Positions 47,283-52,560 of a stretch of DNA of 52,560 nucleotides are shown here, one piece after another. The notes under the pieces are model-generated. The model ran no database searches, had not been told where the DNA came from, and worked only from the letters and a program-made list of their open reading frames with translations. The translations under genes and the position numbers were made by a program. The DNA is from Minutocellus sp. GHC0000111 (taxonomy: Eukaryota). The stretch spans positions 5,518,001-5,570,560 of the forward strand of contig OZ361257.1 in the NCBI GenBank assembly GCA_977018835.1. The letters are read 5' to 3'. Position 1 is the stretch's first letter; the number at the start of each line of letters is the position of its first letter.

Positions 47283-48169
47283 ATGTCTCCAACCAACCGA
47301 TCACCATCCCTCCGCACGCTCCTCGCATTGCTGGCGGTCTGGCTCCCCTCCACGGCGTCGTTACCGCAACTGCTCATCGAATCCGGCAAGGCCAAGTGCG
47401 TACAGGTTTCGATCCCGGCATCGACGCAAATTAGGGTGGAATACGAGGCGCCGGGTAAGTGATTCATGTGCATGTATTTGTTTGTGTCGCATGATGTGCT
47501 TGTTTTGTCCTTATCGCGCATCGCTCGCGGATCATGTTCAAATGCTTTCTCCCACTCACCTCGTTGTTCTTAATACTCGTTGTCGGTCGGTAACACTTGA
47601 ACAATACCAAACATCATTACGCGTGAATATTTAAATCCCCACGGGCCTTTCGACGTGCAGACATTGAGGGATCCAAAGGACCGGTATGGGTGACGGTGAA
47701 TCCATCGGCGGAGGGTCTGAACAACATCCTGCCGGGACGAAAGAGAAAGGATTTCAAGCCCGTATCGGAAGAGATCAAATCCAAAGAGGGGTCCATATCG
47801 CAAATGATTGAGGATGCCGGTGAATTTTCCGTTTGCATTCGTGCCAGTCCAGCGTCGGCCAAGAATCCCATGCGTTTCGGACTGGCCGTCAAGACGGGCC
47901 GATCCAAGAGCGAGCAGACCGAGAGGAAGGATAAGGAGCATCTGTCGGGTATTGAGATGTCTCTGGTGAGATTGACGGATGAGATGGAGGAAATATTGGA
48001 CGAGGCTGACTTTGCCAAGGAACGTGAGATGATCTTTCACAACCAATCTCGATCGATGGCACAGGCGTCGGTGTATTGGCCGATATTGCATCTCGCCGTG
48101 CTTTGTATCACGGGCGTGACCATGGCCAACCACATCGTTCGATTCTTCAAGAGCCGGCACATTATCTAG
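47283..48169 (+). CDS. p24/emp24/gp25L (TMED) GOLD-domain cargo receptor
   Basis: Signal peptide, AKCV, GEFSVCI, a coiled coil with KEREMIFH, a TM segment and C-terminal RFFKSRHII. Intron 47455..47660 preserves frame. Confidence 0.88.
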
Positions 48170-48353
48170 CTAAATTATTAGAGCTTCTGACTCAATAATA
48201 TAATGCCTCGCTGGATGACCGAGTCGGGCTGGAGACTAGAGGTCAGGTACCACGGATGATTATTTCTGCCAGCACGTACATTTTTAGTGGACCGCTAAGG
48301 AATTATGCGAATTGCTTATGAATTCGATGCTCGTTCCTACGCCTCAAATACTT

Positions 48354-49334
48354 TTACACCGCCATGACGCTATTCTGCTTCTCCTCAACCTTTTGGTTCA
48401 GCAACGCGACGATCTCCTCGGTGACGGCATCGATCTCCTTGCCTCTGCGAAAGGCATCGTCCTTACTTATGCCCTCCAGCTTGCCCGCCTGCCCCTTCTT
48501 GCAAACATCGTGCGCAGCCCTTCGGATCCTCCTGACCCGCTGCCGACTGGCCTCAGCGGCCTTGCCCAATTGCTTGGCCAGAGCCTTGCGCGTTTCCATC
48601 GACACCTTGGGGATGGGAACGACGACGACTCCTCCGCCGCCCTCCTCGATACGGGGGTTGAAGTTCAACCCAGAATCTCGCACGGCCTCGCTGACCGCCT
48701 TGGCCGTCTCGGGATCGTAGCACGTCAAGGTGGCCTGGTTGGGACTGCTAATGACCACCTGTGCCACGGCGCTGAGCGGTGTCAGCTCGCCATACGCCCG
48801 AACCATGATGGGCTCAAACAGCTCCGGCGTCGGCTCGGCACCTCGGATGGCACGGAAGGAGTCGACCATGGCATCGACCACCCGAGTCATGCGAGATTTG
48901 ACATCGTCCTTGTCGGGCAGATCGATCAGATCCTCGTCGTCGGCCGACCCATGCTCAAAGATGGTTTCGGTGGCATCCTCCTCGATGTGCAGATCGACCA
49001 CCTCCATCGATCGGCCTGGCGTGTCAGTACTTTCTTCCTCGGCGGCCCCGTCCTTTCCACCGCCCTTCTTCTTATGGCGTTTGTTGCGTGCATCCTGACG
49101 CTCGGCTCGGTGCGCAAGCTCTTCGGCCTTTTCGATGTGATGTCCCATCTTGGATGCCTTGCGACCGAACCGGCGAATCTGATACTGGGATGGCGTCAAC
49201 TAGTCTTGTCCGAGAGGGGACAGCGAAAATGTCGGAGCCGGTGCCTGGCGAGCCAAGGCGGCACGGGAGATGACAGAGATGGCCCTCCTGCCGCTGGCGC
49301 TGCTTACAGAGGTTAGTTTTAGTACGCCCAACAT
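48354..49334 (-). CDS. frr: Organellar (probably mitochondrial) ribosome recycling factor; in-frame TAG at 49200-49202
   Basis: IRGAEPTPELFEPIMVRAYG, PLSAVAQV, SGLNFNP, VPIPKVSMETRKAL, VRRIRR and ISKDDA are RRF-like. The upstream in-frame ATG at 49334 gives an Arg/Ser/Ala-rich presequence separated from the body by one stop codon. Confidence 0.85.
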
Positions 49335-49570
49335 GGTCCAAATGCTAGGTTCGTTTCGACAAGATACGCACGAGATGTGAGGGGCCGTCAGATCTGCCTT
49401 CATGGTGACGGACAGACTGAAAGACGAAAACCAATGCGAAGGAACACAGCAAAAGCCGAGGAAACACCACGCGAACAAGAGGACAACAAGGACACCGACC
49501 ACAGCCCAGCCACAGACCGGCAATTGAATTGAAAGGATGCTTACGCTTGCAAAGTCGTAGTTCTCCGCCC

Positions 49571-51077
49571 ATGACAATGCATTTAATACCAATCCCGCTC
49601 CTATCCCTATTCTTGTGTCTGATTGGCGGCAGCATATTCGTGCAGCTGTTCGTCCTTTCTCCGGCACTGTACAAGAGCCAACGGCAAGATGGCGGTGCTT
49701 CCAGTCTGAGAGTTCCTCATTCCAGCATAAAGCAAACATCAAAGCAATCGTCGTCCAACACACACATACTTGCTTCGCAACAATTAATGGAACACAATGA
49801 TACTGGTGCATCATCATGCATTCTTGTCATGGATGACAATCACTTTTTGGTGGAATGGCTAGCATATCACTACCACGTGATAAAATTACGTCATTTGATT
49901 GTTGCCGTCGACCCAAGAAGTCTCACGTCGCCGAAACGCATACTGGAACGGTGGAAGGGCCGCATGGACATTGTACTGTGGGATGACGAGGACAGCTACA
50001 TCAACCATACCAAATTTTTCACGACCGTCAAGGAGCGTTTGGGGGGCAATCACGGCAAGAGGAAACCGTCGATACTTTCCATGCATCGTGTGAGACAATT
50101 GACGTTCAATATGCAATGCATGGTGGCGCACAAGAGGAAGGGTCGGGGATGGACCTTCATTACGGACATTGATGAGTACACTTACGTCAACCCGCGGCTG
50201 TGGAAGAGTGATCAAAAGCTTTATCTGCCCAATTTTGAGGCCTTGCCATCGATACGGGAGGTCAATTCGGTATACAAAATGCTACAATCTCTTCGCTTCC
50301 TCAATCCAAGGGCTGTGCACGCAGCAGAGCAATATCCTTGCATTCGCATTGCAAGAAGGCAATTTGCCTCTATTGATGATGACACAAAGGGCAGCAGTAC
50401 CATGTCCGCGCTTCCAGTATCTATGGACAAATTCCAGACACAGCGTTGGAGGAAATATGAGTTCATAGATGATCACCATGGATCGCTTGCGGGGAAAACG
50501 ATTATTGATCTTGCTGCCCTTTCGTTGGAGGACCTCGAGGCGGAAGCCGGTGAAGGCGGCGGTGATCCGCATTTCCCGTTGCCCAATATATGCGCAAAAG
50601 GCAGCATATTTCTCAGCGAGCGGCATGCTCCTTTGCTCGCCAATCACTACATGGGCACAAGAGAGCAGTGGAATTTTCGTTCCAATGACTCGCGAGGGGC
50701 GGAGTGTCTTCGTGACTTATTCGATCACCAGAACAACATTGTTGGGAAGTATCGTAGCGATGAAGTTGTCCCGGGGCTAGAGGGGTTTGTCAATAGCACT
50801 GGGTTGGAGGAGGCTTCACGCTTACTGGAAAGAGTAGGAGAATTAGAGTCAGTGGCAGAAGATGACGAGAAAAGGAATTTTGCACTAGCGTTGCCCAAGG
50901 AAAAGGAAATAATACGAGTTGGCGATAGAGTCGAGTACAATTTTCAGGGGCGATTGGTACCATTGTACCGTCATGGCTTCGAATTGTAGAGGAGGATATG
51001 ATGTGAAATGCGACGAGAATGATTTCTGGGAATATGCCCTCCGCTCCGATGACCTGTTCTTGATCCTAGCTACATAG
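49571..51077 (+). CDS. Putative GT-A fold glycosyltransferase (GT92/GT2-like), type II membrane, with probable frameshifted C-terminal beta-barrel
   Basis: TM anchor, then CILVMDDNHFLVEWLAYHY, LIVAVDPRS, WTFITDIDEY (DxD) and NHYMGT. The called ORF stops at 50989; the alternative frame after GGGG (~50947-50950) runs to TAG at 51075-51077. Confidence 0.72.
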
Positions 51078-51171
51078 ACTAACTAATGCCGCTGATTATA
51101 TTCTGGGTAGACAAATGGAACTGAATGGCTATTATTAATATTGTACAAATTAGAAGGCAGGGCAAACTCAA

Positions 51172-52430
51172 TCAACCAGCAACAGCGTCGAATGCCTCGC
51201 TGTAACCCTGATATCCTTTTGATCCAAGCTTGAAGGGGTGTACGACGCCATACTGATACTCGTTCTCTATACACGTCTTGAGGAACTTCTTGGTTCCCCT
51301 TGATGGCCCCCACGAGGTGCAAAGGTGGAGCTCTCGAACTGGTGCATTTGCATTGCGCCGCATCATATTAACAATGTTGGGAAGCGCACACTCAAGGAAG
51401 ACATTGTGATTTAAGAGTGAAGCCGCGTGCTCAAACGCATCTGCATATTTTAGTGGTATGAACGCCCAATCCGACTGCCCTTTCTGCTTGAAGACGATTG
51501 ATCCATCATCTTCGCTGTAGATGGAACTATCGGAATCTTTGACCAGATTCAACTGGGCCTTGACACAATTCTCGGTGTATGGCCAGTTTTTCAAGGGCAC
51601 TCCCTCCTTCAGACCCTGAAAGGTGTCATAGGAATTGGTCTTCATGAAGTCTTCAAAGTGCCCGTCGGGGAATATGCGATAGAAATATGGGCTGGCGCTC
51701 TCAATTTCTGCTTGGCTTTGCAGATTTCTAATATCCCCGTATCCTCCCACCAACGGGTTCAAATCGCCTGGCTCGGCAGAGAACTGGTTCGCAACGATGA
51801 TTTCATCCGTCGGAAACGGATACTGTCCCTTGCTTAGCTCTGTCACGTTGAGTAGAAGATCGTCGTGCGCAATGAGCACCCCTTCTATGGGTGGTGATGA
51901 CGTTCGAAAGTCTTGGACAGCTGCAAGAAGGTTCTTGATTGGGGTGTAGAAGCCTCTGTCGCATTTTTCGTTTTGGTATGCTTTGATTCCCATTTCATTA
52001 AAAATCTGCATTTGTTTGGAGGTGAATGGACCCGCCACAGCGGCTGTCGCAAACCGCTCTGTCATCTTCTGCATCCAAAAGGTGACATCTTGAACGGTAG
52101 AGGATGAGTCGGCGTAATTGAATTGCCCAACCACAGCAACGTTGCGGTAACGCCTCTTGAGGGGCGGGAACTGATATCCAGCTTGCCTAAGGGCAGAAAG
52201 CCACATCTGGACGGAATGGACGTCTTCGATCTCGATGAATTCTCTTTCGTATAAATCAATCCATAGACTCTCGGTTCGAGATTCCACCGTGCTTTGCTCG
52301 GAGTCCCAGTTTCGGAGGAATTCGATAAGAGCCCCGCTCTTGTCGTACAGGTCCTGCTCGGCGTTCATGTCGCCCGGAGGTTGTGCTCGTTCCGCTCCTG
52401 AGGTCACGCGAGGCGTGATGACCCCCCTCT
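51172..52430 (-). CDS. STELLO/DUF288-like glycosyltransferase-related protein, 5' part missing
   Basis: (Q)ERNEHN in a shifted frame, then DMNAEQDLYDKSGALIEFLRNW...LWIDLYEREFIEIEDVHSVQMWLSALRQAGYQFPPL, which resembles the STELLO/DUF288 region. Downstream: GVLIAHDDLLLN, QSDWAFIP, VFLECALP, VVHPFKL. Confidence 0.65.
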
Positions 52431-52456
52431 GGAAAAAGACTGTCAGACTGTCAGTC

Positions 52457-52484
52457 ACTCGACTCGACTCGACTGACTCGACTC
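52457..52484. repeat. GACTC-type short tandem array
   Basis: ACTCGACTCGACTCGACTGACTCGACTC; the 18-mer ACTCGACTGACTCGACTC also occurs at 14159-14176. Confidence 0.7.
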
Positions 52485-52560
52485 TTTAGAACTGGTGACG
52501 GCCAGACGAGGTTTTCGAGAAAGGGAACACGGAAAAAAATACAAGTCAAAGTCAACCAAC

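Noticed and set aside
9106..49202. Possible stop-codon reassignment suggested by the in-frame TAA (9106) and TAG (49200)
   Set aside because: TAA, TAG and TGA all terminate other genes at expected positions, e.g. eIF4A TAA, p24 TAG and HDAC TGA. Two isolated cases fit errors or mutations better.
47283..52430. p24 plus two glycosyltransferase-like genes as a glycan biosynthetic cluster
   Set aside because: The group is interrupted by the unrelated RRF gene, such families are common in algal genomes, and the sequence gives no evidence of co-regulation.

Overview
Gene-dense eukaryotic nuclear DNA, most consistent with a diatom or related stramenopile. This is inferred from short GT-AG introns (~100-320 bp), compact intergenic spacers, a signal peptide ending in 'TSAF', and the gene families present. 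About 20 protein-coding genes can be reconstructed by hand: oligopeptidase B, a CDP-alcohol phosphotransferase-like/cytidylyltransferase fusion, an SOS1/NhaP-type Na+/H+ antiporter, a divergent pair of paralogous sulfotransferases, a Nudix hydrolase, a MYB(SHAQKYF)-ankyrin-HDAC fusion, eIF4A, a repeat-rich coiled-coil protein, an FHA/RINGv E3 ligase, a PH-domain protein, a cyclophilin-like protein, p24/GOLD, an organellar ribosome recycling factor and two putative glycosyltransferases. The most unusual item is hidden across five ORFs at 8539-12187 (-). They splice into one ~1,100-codon gene with an N-terminal Tudor-like barrel, a divergent SF2 ATPase/helicase resembling the Z1-associated helicases of prokaryotic restriction-modification-type systems, and a duplicated C-terminal module behind an in-frame TAA. 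Other points of note are a foldback element with ~130-bp inverted arms (19357-20024) and a recurring intergenic palindrome AGCTACGTAGCT. Several indels and in-frame stops in conserved genes indicate an imperfectly polished assembly, so individual lesions need read-level checking. No rRNA, tRNA or CRISPR array was recognised. All family assignments come from visual motif recognition, not from database searches.
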